DNA of 32,000 nt from Methanothermobacter thermautotrophicus str. Delta H (GCF_000008645.1 NC_000916.1:360001-392000), one strand, 5' to 3'; shown: positions 7,517 through 16,908, numbered from the stretch's first letter. A program made the numbers and translations. The notes: generated by a model not told the origin, from the sequence alone.

Positions 7517-8323
7517 GTGAATACAATGGACGTTCTAGGTGTAACTGTAATGCTGGCCCTCTTTATTCTACTGCTTGCATTCATATTCTCTACAGGTCTC
7601 ATGACACCAATAATCGGGAAGAAGAACCTGCTATTTGTGGTTTTCATAGGCTTCATTGCAGGGACGGTCGGCGGGGCCTTCTTAATATCCCCTGTCTATG
7701 ATGAGATCCCCGAGATCGCGAGGGGGGTATACATCTCCACTGAAGGTGGCACAGAGAATGTAACGGCTGATGTTTCAACAGCCACGGATATAATGAAGCT
7801 CACAGAGGAACTCGCAGCCCAGGAGGGGGTTGTGGATGTCCATTCAGAGGGGATAGTGATAAGGACTGACAGATTTTCAGAGAACCGTAAAAGGATAATA
7901 GAGGAGAAGGTATCGATAATAGACTCCAACATAACATCAGGGAAGGTTTACACAAACGGCACAATAATTTTACAGGTTAAAAAGGGCTACAATCCTGTAA
8001 AAGCCCTTGAAAACCTTGCAGAGTGGTTAATGTACACTGGAGGCATAAAAACAAGGTACAGCACCGTCCACCTGGTGGTGGAGGTGAAGCCCCAGAATGT
8101 TGACCAGGTGGTATCCTACCTCCAGGCAAGGGAGATAGTTGTTACCGGGGTGAAGGGTCCAGCCGAGGAGAAGGTGGCTGCATTGAAGAGATCACTCCCG
8201 GATAAATCCAACATAGTACTCTTCTGCGGTGTCCTCGGAATGCTAACAGGACTTGCAGGTGTTTTCATTGACTCCATCTTCGGCTTTGTGAGGGGTATAT
8301 ACCAGAGATACAGGGGTGTCTGA
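7517..8323 (+). CDS. Membrane protein of unknown function (2 N-terminal TM, soluble middle domain, C-terminal TM)
   Basis: Long ORF with a hydrophobic N-terminus and C-terminus. Its stop overlaps the next start (TGATG at 8321-8325), which suggests co-translation. No family recognised. Confidence 0.6.
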   Translation: MNTMDVLGVTVMLALFILLLAFIFSTGLMTPIIGKKNLLFVVFIGFIAGTVGGAFLISPVYDEIPEIARGVYISTEGGTENVTADVSTATDIMKLTEELAAQEGVVDVHSEGIVIRTDRFSENRKRIIEEKVSIIDSNITSGKVYTNGTIILQVKKGYNPVKALENLAEWLMYTGGIKTRYSTVHLVVEVKPQNVDQVVSYLQAREIVVTGVKGPAEEKVAALKRSLPDKSNIVLFCGVLGMLTGLAGVFIDSIFGFVRGIYQRYRGV

Positions 8324-9003
8324 TGAGGTCTGCAGTTCTATATTCAGGTGGTAAGGACAGCACGATGGCCCTTTACCATGCACTGCAGGAATCTGAGGTC
8401 GAATTTCTGGTATCTGTGATCTCAGATAACCCTGAATCCCATATGTACCATGTGCCCAACATACACCTGACAGCCCTCCTTGCAGAGGCCGTTGGAATAC
8501 CCCTCATAGAATCCAGGACCGCAGGGGTTGAGGAGGAGGAGGTTGAGGACCTCGCCGGCACACTTAAGACCCTGAGGGAGAGGGGTGTGGAGGCTGTCTA
8601 CTCCGGGGCTCTCTACTCCGAGTATCAGAAGTCAAGGATAGACTCCATCTGCAGGAGGCTGGGTTTAAGGTCAGTGGCACCCCTCTGGCACAGGGACCCC
8701 CTGGATTACATGGAGGAGATAGTTGACCTTGGATTCAGGGTCATGGTGACGGCTGTTGCAGCTGAGGGTCTTGATGAGTCATGGCTTGGGAGGATAGTTG
8801 ACAGAAAGATGATAGATGAACTGGCGGATCTGAGTGAGAGGTACGGTATAAACCCTGCATTTGAGGGTGGTGAAGCCGAATCACTGGTCCTTGACGGTCC
8901 AATATTTAAGAAGCGACTCGAGATACTTGAATACGAAAAGAAGTGGTTCTTTGATAATGGCTTCCTGGACATAAAGAGGGCTGTGCTGGTTGATAAGGAT
9001 TAG
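8323..9003 (+). CDS. dph6: PP-loop ATPase of the MJ0570/DUF71 family (diphthine-ammonia ligase, Dph6-like)
   Basis: An N-terminal SGGKDS PP-loop (VLYSGGKDST) and a C-terminal EGGEAESLVLDGPIFKK motif are both characteristic of the Dph6 N-terminal domain family. Confidence 0.7.
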   Translation: MRSAVLYSGGKDSTMALYHALQESEVEFLVSVISDNPESHMYHVPNIHLTALLAEAVGIPLIESRTAGVEEEEVEDLAGTLKTLRERGVEAVYSGALYSEYQKSRIDSICRRLGLRSVAPLWHRDPLDYMEEIVDLGFRVMVTAVAAEGLDESWLGRIVDRKMIDELADLSERYGINPAFEGGEAESLVLDGPIFKKRLEILEYEKKWFFDNGFLDIKRAVLVDKD

Positions 9004-9023
9004 GTTAAGGTCTGACTGTGAGC

Positions 9024-9422
9024 TCAATCAGCAACGTCTTCAGGGACTGAGACATCGGGTGCCAGCCAGTCTATTAAACCCATTATATCGTCTGATTCAA
9101 TCTCCACAAGTATGTCACCCAGTGCGGAGATGGACTCCTCAAGGACGTTCACCCGGTTCATAAGGGCGGCCTGTTTGTTAATGTAAAACCATGTTGAATT
9201 GTCCCTGAGGTGTTTTTTGAGTATATTCCTTGCCGTGAGCCTTATTCTCCTTTTCTCAAGGACCTCCTGGAGGTTCCTGAGGCTCCCGCTATCACCGGTG
9301 CCCCTCACGGCGTCATCTTCAACCTCAATTTCAAGTTCAGGGAAGACGTTGAGAACAGCCTCCCCCACCTTCTCTGGATCCTCTGTCGCCCTGACCGGGG
9401 CTTCAACTTTAACTTTATCCAT
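9024..9422 (-). CDS. UPF0201 family protein (COG1931-type predicted RNA-binding protein)
   Basis: The likely start is the ATG at 9422 (MDKVKVEAPVRATEDPEKV...). It overlaps the stop of the upstream gene in ATGGATAA. The size and sequence resemble the conserved archaeal UPF0201 family as I recall it. Confidence 0.6.
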   Translation of the reverse strand: MDKVKVEAPVRATEDPEKVGEAVLNVFPELEIEVEDDAVRGTGDSGSLRNLQEVLEKRRIRLTARNILKKHLRDNSTWFYINKQAALMNRVNVLEESISALGDILVEIESDDIMGLIDWLAPDVSVPEDVAD

Positions 9423-9987
9423 CCTCTTGTCCTCCTCTGCTGCTCTCCTCACCCTTCTCTGCAAGTTTCCTGAGTATCTGCTTTGCCTGTTTTTTTATCT
9501 TCCATATCGGGCCCTCATTGACTATCATATAATCTGAGGTTGCTATGACGTCGCCTATACCGAATCCAAGCTCCCTCTCGTCTCTTTCAACGAATTCTGC
9601 ATACCTCTGAGAGTCGTCCTCCCTCTGCCTCTTCCGGAGCCTCCTGAAGCGGGTCTTTCTTGTTGAGAATACTGATATGACCCTGAAGCCAGGGAACCTT
9701 TTTCTGAATATCTCGACCTCATGGGGGCTCCTTATACCCTCTATCAGGAACATTTCTGATTCTGACTCCTGAATCCTTTCAACGCACTTTTCGGCAACCA
9801 CGTACTTACCGTATTCCTCCCTGAGGCGAACGGCCGTCACACCGGGGTCCTCACCTCGCTTCCGGGCTTCATCCCTTATTACGTCACCCATCCTTATAAC
9901 CCTGAAACCCATCGACTCAGCTATCCTTGATACAACGCCCTTCCCTGCGCCGGGCATCCCTGTAACTCCAATAACCACCATATTCAC
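9415..9987 (-). CDS. UPF0200 family P-loop nucleotide kinase (CoaE/adenylate-kinase-like fold)
   Basis: A Walker A motif, GVTGMPGAGKG, lies at the N-terminus. The protein is about 190 aa with a basic/acidic C-terminal tail. The substrate cannot be deduced from the sequence. Confidence 0.65.
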   Translation of the reverse strand: MNMVVIGVTGMPGAGKGVVSRIAESMGFRVIRMGDVIRDEARKRGEDPGVTAVRLREEYGKYVVAEKCVERIQESESEMFLIEGIRSPHEVEIFRKRFPGFRVISVFSTRKTRFRRLRKRQREDDSQRYAEFVERDERELGFGIGDVIATSDYMIVNEGPIWKIKKQAKQILRKLAEKGEESSRGGQEDG

Positions 9988-10127
9988 ACGCTCAGGATTC
10001 TTGATCTGCTTGAGGATTTCCCTGCTGGTGAAATCCTTCCAGAAATCAGATTCTTTTTTTTCTCTGCAGTTATTCTATTGTGCCATACCATATATGGATA
10101 CTGCGAATGCTCTACAACTCCACAGGT

Positions 10128-10874
10128 TCACAGTTCTGGATTGTATCTCCGGAGGTCTATAAGTTTTAGGGTCTCCCTGATGTTTTCAAGGTTATCGAAT
10201 TCCTCGACGATAAGCTCAAGTTCATCCCGGGATAGGTCCTCAAGTTCCCTTACCGCTTCTATGAGGGCTGGTATGGCCCTTACAATGTTATCTGTTATGC
10301 TTATACTTGCCTTCCGGGATGTCCTTGACAGCGGGTTCAGGTCAATGGTTATAACAGTCTTACCTGACTTCCGTAGTATCTCTGTCCTGTCCCCGTCCTC
10401 GAGGGGAACCAGGACCACGTCGGCACTGTAGATCCCATCAGGGCTTGCTGTTGCCCTCGGACTCTTTATATCATCGATGTAGAGCAGTTTGTCTGTTCCG
10501 AGGACCTCCCTGGCACCATTTTCCAGGAGGACCTCCTCTATTAGTCTGACCCTCTTCTCTGTCCGGTGGAAGAGGTTTATCTCGATCTTTCCCCCGATTG
10601 CATCTGCAAGTTCAACCACAGCTCCCGGGACAAGGGCGGCGGTGTTGCCGTTAACCGATATAACAGGGTTTTTTGCAAGGAGGAGTGCTGCAGCAGCAGC
10701 TCTTATGGCCTTCGCAGCGGGTTCTGTGGTCCTTTCACCCAGCAGGTAGTCGAAGGCCTCACCCCTGCCATGGGCGATCATGCCTGAATCTGCGAGTATA
10801 CCCTTACGCCAGGCCTCTGTTATCATCTCTCTCTGTATCAGTGAATGGTAACGTGGATGGTCCCTTGAAATCAT
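10128..10874 (-). CDS. 4-phosphopantoate--beta-alanine ligase (archaeal phosphopantothenate synthetase, COG1701)
   Basis: HPRYHSLIQRE...GMIAHGRGEAFDYLLGE...VISVNGNTAAL... matches the conserved N-terminal signature of the archaeal PPS family as I recall it. The protein is 248 aa. Confidence 0.75.
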   Translation of the reverse strand: MISRDHPRYHSLIQREMITEAWRKGILADSGMIAHGRGEAFDYLLGERTTEPAAKAIRAAAAALLLAKNPVISVNGNTAALVPGAVVELADAIGGKIEINLFHRTEKRVRLIEEVLLENGAREVLGTDKLLYIDDIKSPRATASPDGIYSADVVLVPLEDGDRTEILRKSGKTVITIDLNPLSRTSRKASISITDNIVRAIPALIEAVRELEDLSRDELELIVEEFDNLENIRETLKLIDLRRYNPEL

Positions 10875-11003
10875 GTTAATGTATTGTACCAGATACTTTA
10901 ATAAGTTTATTTAAGTCCAGGATGTGGGCCTCCTACTGATGTGATCTCTTCAAGTAAGGTTTTATATCCACCTTGAAGATAAATAGAGCCGGAGGAATAA
11001 ATC

Positions 11004-11216
11004 ATGGAAGATGAAGTGGAAATCAAGCGAAAACCCAGAAGGCCTTCAGATGGAGGGAGGCTCTGGGGGGTCTATCTTGGAGCTATAATGGTGATAATAG
11101 GGGTGCTGTGGTTTGCCTTCGCTGCAGGGATCATACCCCCACAGTATTCAAGGTTCTGGCCCCAGGCCCTCCTGGTTATTCTTGGAATTCTGATAATCAT
11201 AAAGTCAGCTAGATGA
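11004..11216 (+). CDS. Small membrane protein (2 TM), unknown function
   Basis: A GGAGG RBS lies 7 nt upstream of the ATG. A charged N-terminus is followed by two hydrophobic helices. Confidence 0.5.
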   Translation: MEDEVEIKRKPRRPSDGGRLWGVYLGAIMVIIGVLWFAFAAGIIPPQYSRFWPQALLVILGILIIIKSAR

Positions 11217-11229
11217 TCCGGTGGTAATC

Positions 11230-12252
11230 ATGAAGGAACTCATGAAGCGTCTTTCAGTTGCAAGTGGAATCTCTGGATTTGAAGGTGAGGTAAGGGATAT
11301 CATAAGATCTGAACTCGAGGGACATGTCGATGAGATTGAGGAGGACAGCCTCGGTAACATCATCGCCGTGAAGAGGGGGTCCGGTCCCTCAATCATGCTG
11401 GCAGCCCACATGGATGAGATAGGCCTCATGGTGAGGCACATCGATAAGAAGGGATTCATAAGGTTTTCAAAGATAGGCGGAATCAGTGACCAGATGATAC
11501 TCAACCAGGCGGTCTGGATCCATGGGGAAAACGGACCCGTGATGGGTGTCATCGGCTCAAAGCCACCCCACAGGATGAAGGCCTCTGAGAGGAAGAAGGT
11601 CACAACCCATGATAACATGTTCATAGACATAGGCGCCTCTTCAAGGGAGGATGCAGAGGAACTGGTGGCTGTGGGGGACCCTATAACCTTCCATGCGCCC
11701 TACAGTGAACTCGCCAACTCCCGCTTCACAGGGAAGGCCCTTGACAACCGTATAGGCTGCCTTGTAATGGTTGAGGTCCTAAAGAGGGTTGAAACCGGTG
11801 CAACCGTTTATGGTGTTGGAACGGTCCAGGAGGAGGTTGGTCTCAAGGGTGCCAAGACCTCAGCATTCAGGCTCAACCCGGACATGACCCTGGCCCTGGA
11901 TGTTACAATAGCCGGGGATCATCCAGGGATGAAGGAGGAGGAGGCCCCTGCGAAGCTCGAGGGCGGACCCGCCATAATCCTCACCGATGCCAGTGGCAGG
12001 GGTATAATAACCCATCCACGTGTGAAGGACTGGCTACTTGAGACTGCACGTGAGGAGGACATACCTGTCCAGATAGAGGTGAGTGAGGGGGGTACAACCG
12101 ATGCAACCGCCATTCATCTCACAAGGGAGGGGATACCCGCAGGCGTGGTCTCTGTGCCTACAAGGTACATCCATACAACGGTGAGCATGGCAAGCATGAA
12201 GGACATCGAGATGACCGTTGATCTCCTTGTTAAGGCAATTGAAAGATTGTAA
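11230..12252 (+). CDS. M42 family metallo-aminopeptidase (TET/FrvX-like)
   Basis: L(S/T)xxxGxSGxE at the N-terminus, [26 protein letters not shown] and a C-terminal PTRYIHT together form the typical M42 signature. ATG 11230 is preferred over GTG 11221 because GGTGGT sits just upstream. Confidence 0.85.
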   Translation: MKELMKRLSVASGISGFEGEVRDIIRSELEGHVDEIEEDSLGNIIAVKRGSGPSIMLAAHMDEIGLMVRHIDKKGFIRFSKIGGISDQMILNQAVWIHGENGPVMGVIGSKPPHRMKASERKKVTTHDNMFIDIGASSREDAEELVAVGDPITFHAPYSELANSRFTGKALDNRIGCLVMVEVLKRVETGATVYGVGTVQEEVGLKGAKTSAFRLNPDMTLALDVTIAGDHPGMKEEEAPAKLEGGPAIILTDASGRGIITHPRVKDWLLETAREEDIPVQIEVSEGGTTDATAIHLTREGIPAGVVSVPTRYIHTTVSMASMKDIEMTVDLLVKAIERL

Positions 12253-12265
12253 CTCCCCTCAATAA

Positions 12266-12272
12266 TTTTTTT
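12266..12272 (+). terminator. Oligo-T (T7) terminator for the M42 gene
   Basis: The T7 tract lies 14 nt after the stop at 12252. Archaeal termination typically uses oligo-T tracts. Confidence 0.5.
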
Positions 12273-12513
12273 AGCTGGACATCAGCTTCGTTTTTCCGTC
12301 GAAGTAGAATATGTAGGGGCTGTCACTCCAGCGGTCATAGACCTCAACAACATATTTAGCCCCATTCCCGAAGTTTTCAGGGTATATAATATCCCTGAGC
12401 AGTTCATTGATGTTCTCATCGGAGACCCGTGTTTTCCAAGGAAATTCGCACTCTCTTTTCATTTCGAACACCCTTATTACGACTTTCCTTTTATTCAAGG
12501 TTAAAACCTCCAT
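12271..12513 (-). CDS. Hypothetical 80-aa protein
   Basis: The ORF has normal composition and is preceded on the minus strand by a very AT-rich region with TATA-like boxes. No family recognised. Confidence 0.45.
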   Translation of the reverse strand: MEVLTLNKRKVVIRVFEMKRECEFPWKTRVSDENINELLRDIIYPENFGNGAKYVVEVYDRWSDSPYIFYFDGKTKLMSS

Positions 12514-12588
12514 CTAATAATAACCATAAAAATTAATGTAATAATATAATATATAAATTTATCTGATTATTATGAATCTCCTTTAAGA

Positions 12589-12682
12589 TAAGGTAATTAA
12601 TTCTGTTATTTTTATGTATCTGGGGGTGAATTAGTAAAAGGAATCAATTCTGTTATTTCTATGCATTCGGTGGAACTTAGAT
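12589..12682. repeat. Two tandem copies of a ~47-nt unit in an AT-rich intergenic region
   Basis: aagg(t)aat(t/c)aattctgttattt(t/c)tatg(t/c)at...ggtg(g)aa(c)ttag occurs at about 12589-12635 and again at about 12637-12682. The 13-nt core aattctgttattt is exact in both copies. Confidence 0.7.
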
Positions 12683-12743
12683 CAGTTATTTATTCCCGTG
12701 GACCCCTCTCTCCATGAGGGCACCGGCTGAAACCTGTAGAAGA

Positions 12744-13460
12744 TTATTCCTCAGGGTTTTCAATAACTTCAAGGCCGCTGTCTGATATAATGTAGGGTAT
12801 GAACTCAATCGGTGTTCTTGTACTCCTCATCTTGATGATGTCCATGACCCTCTCTCTCCTTCCCGTGTAGGGGTTCTCCCTCTTTATCAGCCTTATGGCC
12901 CCGTAAACCGAGTAGAGGGCTATATCATTGAACTCCTCTGAGGTTGCACTGTCAAGGATTATCATCGCAGTGATGTCCCTCTTTTTGAGTTCATAGATCA
13001 GGAGGTCGAACTGATCCCTGAACTCATCCGTTGTGAGCTTCTCTGTGTGGCTGCCTATACTGTCGATTATGAGGACCTCGGTGTCATCTGGAATCTCGGC
13101 GAGTATCTTCCTCAGGTTTCCCTTGACGGATTCTATCCCAATAGATATTTCCGCCTCTGTAAGCCGGGCCCTCATTGCGGATAAGCCGATAATACTCAGC
13201 TTACCAGATTCAAGGAGATCAGTGATGTCCCACCCAAGGGATGCGCACTGGATCCTGAGGTCAGTTTCATCCTCCTCTGTCGTTATGTATATTGTCTTAA
13301 GGCCGCTTCTGGCGCTCTGAATGGCGAACTGGAGTCCCATTATGGTCTTACCGGATCCAGGGTCACCGGTCACAAGAATGCTCCTACCCTGCGGGTAGCC
13401 CCCTATTATATCATCAAGCCCCTTAATCCCCGTACCTGTACGCGATATTCTCCTTTCCAT
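12744..13460 (-). CDS. Single-domain KaiC-like RecA-superfamily ATPase (COG0467)
   Basis: [30 protein letters not shown] (Walker A), the LIIDSI Walker B-like motif and a length of about 240 aa are typical of archaeal KaiC-like proteins. Confidence 0.8.
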   Translation of the reverse strand: MERRISRTGTGIKGLDDIIGGYPQGRSILVTGDPGSGKTIMGLQFAIQSARSGLKTIYITTEEDETDLRIQCASLGWDITDLLESGKLSIIGLSAMRARLTEAEISIGIESVKGNLRKILAEIPDDTEVLIIDSIGSHTEKLTTDEFRDQFDLLIYELKKRDITAMIILDSATSEEFNDIALYSVYGAIRLIKRENPYTGRRERVMDIIKMRSTRTPIEFIPYIISDSGLEVIENPEE

Positions 13461-13525
13461 GGTTAACCCCCCATTTATGGGAAATGATCTTACCGGTGAG
13501 TTCTTCGTCCCCCTGCTTCCGGGTT

Positions 13526-14773
13526 TTATACCAGGTGAAATTCGAAGGTGAGGTTTTCGTCCCTGCTTCTGAGGCTTGAGGTCTGTATGACGCTACCCTT
13601 TATACCTGTCCAGGTGAAGCTCCTCATCAGCATGGCCCTGAATATGAGGGAGAAGATTGGATTCTGCCTTGCCTCATTGATCCATGGAAATGTCTTGAAT
13701 TCGAGAATGTACCTCGGCTTTTCTCCCCTGAGCTCGGTTTCAATACCAAGGTTCCTGAGGAAGCCTGAAAGCCACTTTATATAGGCATCAAAGACCCTCA
13801 GGGATTCCCTCCTGGCCATGATATCATCCAGAACACCCAGTTTTTTCATGGTCCTCTGGAAGTTTGGTTTGAGGTTCTTCTCGAATCTGTCAGCGAAGTT
13901 CTTTATTATGGCATTTCTGAGCTGAGGTGGAATTGATGATGCGAATACAGGCACAGCCGAGACAACAAAGCCGTAGAGTTCGGCCTTTGACATTTCCCTG
14001 ATCAGTTCCTCCCTGCGCCTCTCAGCCTCCACACGGCCTGTGATGTCGTGGCCTATTATCTGGAGGAGGTTCTTCTCTGAGGTTGTTTCAATCCTGGTCG
14101 AATGTATCTCAAGGAAGTGCCTGTCTCCCCTGTGGTCGGTGAATTCAATTTCAAAGACCTCATGCTCTGAATTGAAAAGGTCGAGGATGCTTTTAAGCGC
14201 ACTCTCAGATATTAAACCCCTCTTCTCGAGGACTGAAAGTTTTTTACCCTTCAAACGCTCCCTTTTGAGTCCTGTGAGTTCCTCGACGGCCCTGTTCACA
14301 AAAACTATTCTTGAACTGGAGTCCATGAGGATTATGGGATCCGGGGATGATTCAAGGAGGGCCCTGTATCTTTCCTCACTTTCACGGAGTTTGCTGTCCA
14401 TCTTGTGTTTGTAAAGGGCGACCTCAATGGCGCTGTGGAGTTCACGGTCCTCGAAGGGCTTTATGATGTAACCGAAGGGCCCGGTGAGCTTGGCACGGCT
14501 GAGGGTTTTTTCATCTGAGTAGGCTGTGAGGTAGACCACAGGGATGTCCATCTCCTCCCTTATAACCTCTGCAGCCTCTATACCATCCATTTCGCCCTTC
14601 AGGACGATGTCCATGAGGACAAGGTCCGGTTTCTCCTCACGCGCAAGCTTTATAGCGTCTTCACCTGAAGCAGCGATCCCCACAACCCGGTAGCCAAGGC
14701 CCTCAGCCCTGTGCTTGATGTCCATGGCCACTATGCTCTCATCCTCAACAACAAGCAAACTTGTAGGCGACAT
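13526..14773 (-). CDS. Response regulator: REC + PAS + methanogen-type C-terminal output domain (no HTH recognised)
   Basis: The REC domain reads LLVVEDE...DLVLMDIVL...YLTAY...KPF. The PAS region reads [17 protein letters not shown].... The C-terminal ~150 aa are paralogous to the C-terminus of the 25424-26257 product. A GGAGGA RBS precedes the ATG. Confidence 0.85.
   Translation of the reverse strand: MSPTSLLVVEDESIVAMDIKHRAEGLGYRVVGIAASGEDAIKLAREEKPDLVLMDIVLKGEMDGIEAAEVIREEMDIPVVYLTAYSDEKTLSRAKLTGPFGYIIKPFEDRELHSAIEVALYKHKMDSKLRESEERYRALLESSPDPIILMDSSSRIVFVNRAVEELTGLKRERLKGKKLSVLEKRGLISESALKSILDLFNSEHEVFEIEFTDHRGDRHFLEIHSTRIETTSEKNLLQIIGHDITGRVEAERRREELIREMSKAELYGFVVSAVPVFASSIPPQLRNAIIKNFADRFEKNLKPNFQRTMKKLGVLDDIMARRESLRVFDAYIKWLSGFLRNLGIETELRGEKPRYILEFKTFPWINEARQNPIFSLIFRAMLMRSFTWTGIKGSVIQTSSLRSRDENLTFEFHLV
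14570..14631 (-). repeat. Arm A of a 62-nt inverted repeat (48 nt exact) shared with 25560-25621
   Basis: The reverse complement of 14570-14631 equals 25560-25621 except for two mismatches. The exact run is 14570-14617 versus 25574-25621. It encodes [20 protein letters not shown] in both response-regulator genes. Confidence 0.9.
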
Positions 14774-14870
14774 TTAGTCCTCCAAACCATCATTTTCACA
14801 GATCCCATGGGATCAAAGAGGCGTTAGGACGTTAATCCTCCACATCAGGATATTAAGACCCACACATTAT

Positions 14871-14906
14871 CCAGATATTAATATGTGGCCAGTTGTTATA
14901 AATAAT
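14871..14906 (-). promoter_or_regulatory. Putative promoter (TATA ttatttataa on the minus strand) with an adjacent 18-bp palindrome
   Basis: The minus strand reads gaaaattatttataac (about 14895-14910), then CCAGATATTAATATGTGG (14871-14888). In the palindrome 8 of 9 pairs are symmetric, and it sits where the transcription start would be expected. Confidence 0.35.
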
Positions 14907-14970
14907 TTTCTAAAACCCCCATTCAGTCTTTAGGAAAATTTTAGCTCATTGAAGGATCAGGTGAAGGGAT

Positions 14971-16710
14971 TCAGCCAGCCAGGTCCCCACTGAAGTGCCT
15001 GTGTATCCTCTCTGCGACCTCACGGGTCATTCCGGGGATGGAGGCCAGCTCCTCCACACTTGCATCCCTCACACCATCAAGGCTTCCAAAGTGCTCAAGG
15101 AGGGCCCTTTTCCTTACCGGACCAACACCCCTTATACCGTCAAGTTCCGATTCAAGGGAATCCCTGTCCCTGATCGTCCTGTGATACTTAACAGCAAACC
15201 TGTGGGCCTCGTCGCGGAGGTGCCTGAGGATCTGCAGTGCACCATCATCCACATCCACGGGCTCGGATAGGCCTGGAAGGTAAACCTCCTCCCTCTTCTT
15301 GGCTATGCCAACAACCGGCACATGAACCCCGCAGTTTTTGAGGGCCTCGAGGGCCACTCCCAGCTGACCCTTCCCTCCGTCGATGAGCACGAGGTCGGGC
15401 TTCCTGAGTTCAGGGCTGGAGTACCTCCTCTCAACCAGTTCCCTCATCATTGCATAGTCGTCGGGCCCCTGGGCTGAAATCCGGTACCTCCGGTAGGATC
15501 CAGAGGATGGTTTACCATCGATGAAAACGGCAACCGAGCCGGTTGCAGATTCACCTGCAATGTTTGAGATGTCAAGGCCCTCCATTCTTCGGGGTATTTC
15601 GGGGAGCTTGAGGTCATCCTTGAGCTGAAGGAGGGCGTCCCTGACCCTTCCCTTCTGTTTCAGTATCACAGAAGCATTCTTCCAGGCGATGTTGAGGAGC
15701 CTGCGTCCGGCGCCCCCCTCAGGTGAGTGTATCTTCACCTCTTCGCCCCTGAGCTCAGAGAGCCACTCTGCTATGACCCCGTCCTCCACAGGGTACTGGG
15801 TCAGTATCTCCGATGGCACCCTCCGGGGTATGGCGTAGTACTGCTTGAGGAAGGCCTCAAGGATCTCTGTCCGGGGGGCTGAGCCCCTGAGAATGAAGTC
15901 GTCCTTCCCGGTGATCTTGCCGTCACGTATCTGGAGGACCACAACCGCAGATGTATCCCCTCCCCTCTCGAGGGCCACTATATCCTGGTCAATGGAGTCC
16001 GTGAAGGATGCGTGCTGTCTCTCCATAACCTCCCGTATGGATTCAATCTGATCCCTTATCCTGGCAGCCCTCTCAAATTCAAGTCTTTCCGAAGCCTCCT
16101 TCATCTCCTCCTCAAGCACCTCAATGACTTCCTGGTAGCGTCCCTGGAAGAAGAGGTCAACCTTCTCTATGATCTCCCGGTAATCCTCCCTGCTGATTCT
16201 CCCATCACATGGGGCGTAACAGAGGTCTATCTGGCTGTTGAGGCATGGCCCGTCCATCCGCCTGCAGCTCCTTATCCTGAAGAGTGACTTTATGAGTTTC
16301 AGTGTCCTGCGCACAGCCCCGGTGTCTGTGAAGGGTCCGTAATACCTTGCACTGTCCCTCCCTATGGTCCTCACTATGAGGACCCGGGGGTACTCCTCAT
16401 CCGTTATCTTGATGAAGGGGTACCTCTTATCGTCCTTCAGACGGACATTGTATGGGGGTCTGTACCTCTTTATGAGGTTGGACTCAAGGATGAGGGCCTC
16501 CTTCTCGTTCTGGGTCAGAATGTACTCTATGCTCTCAAGGTGCCTCATCATGATCCTCAGACGCGGGTTCTCCTGTTCCCTGAAGTAGGACGAGACCCTC
16601 TTCCTTATGGAGATGGACTTGCCAACATAGAGGACCCTGTCGTCCCTGTCGCGGAATATGTAGACACCGGTAGCATCAGGAAGCTTCTCTGGATCCTTAA
16701 CCCTCGTCAA
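14971..16710 (-). CDS. uvrC: Excinuclease ABC subunit C (UvrC)
   Basis: An N-terminal GIY-YIG domain (GVYIFRD...VLYVGKS...R), a UVR motif ([11 protein letters not shown]), an endonuclease V-like region and a C-terminal (HhH)2. Confidence 0.95.
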   Translation of the reverse strand: MTRVKDPEKLPDATGVYIFRDRDDRVLYVGKSISIRKRVSSYFREQENPRLRIMMRHLESIEYILTQNEKEALILESNLIKRYRPPYNVRLKDDKRYPFIKITDEEYPRVLIVRTIGRDSARYYGPFTDTGAVRRTLKLIKSLFRIRSCRRMDGPCLNSQIDLCYAPCDGRISREDYREIIEKVDLFFQGRYQEVIEVLEEEMKEASERLEFERAARIRDQIESIREVMERQHASFTDSIDQDIVALERGGDTSAVVVLQIRDGKITGKDDFILRGSAPRTEILEAFLKQYYAIPRRVPSEILTQYPVEDGVIAEWLSELRGEEVKIHSPEGGAGRRLLNIAWKNASVILKQKGRVRDALLQLKDDLKLPEIPRRMEGLDISNIAGESATGSVAVFIDGKPSSGSYRRYRISAQGPDDYAMMRELVERRYSSPELRKPDLVLIDGGKGQLGVALEALKNCGVHVPVVGIAKKREEVYLPGLSEPVDVDDGALQILRHLRDEAHRFAVKYHRTIRDRDSLESELDGIRGVGPVRKRALLEHFGSLDGVRDASVEELASIPGMTREVAERIHRHFSGDLAG

Positions 16711-16908
16711 TTTATCATTACCATCCTCTGATTTATGTTTAAAACAAGTTCAGTGGGGGTATCATCACAGGATTATGGAACACGTGGGATACCCTGTCAG
16801 ATATGAGACTCCAGACTCAACTTTATGTATCCTGGCAAAGGTATATATAAGTTGACCCTGAAATATAATCCCACAATAGAATGAGGTTCTTATTTTAAGT
16901 GATTTGTG

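Noticed and set aside
7229-7770. Shared 22-mer gcacagagaatgtaac(a/g)gc(c/t)ga at 7229-7250 and 7749-7770 (both encode TENVTA) in two adjacent genes
   Set aside because: Only the first 16 nt are exact. By rough estimate, a 16-mer coincidence in a 32 kb window is not very improbable, and the flanking sequence shows no further similarity. Noted, but not treated as a repeat element.
10014-10060. Hairpin GGATTTC-n9-GAAATCC followed on the plus strand by T8, resembling a terminator, in the spacer between two minus-strand genes
   Set aside because: No plus-strand gene ends nearby. On the minus strand the run is A8 and lies upstream of the hairpin. A 7-bp stem is weak evidence, so an antisense or small RNA cannot be supported from sequence alone.
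12589-12682. Possible CRISPR array or leader in the AT-rich spacer
   Set aside because: There are only two imperfect copies, separated by about 10 nt rather than by a spacer of typical length (30-40 nt). The units are not palindromic and no cas genes are in the window.
16757-16794. 7-bp inverted repeat GGGTATC-n24-GATACCC in the uvrC/uvrB divergent spacer, as a possible damage-response operator
   Set aside because: The arms are short and the spacer is long, so the repeat is easily explained by chance in a 195-nt region. I can name no known archaeal regulator motif for it.
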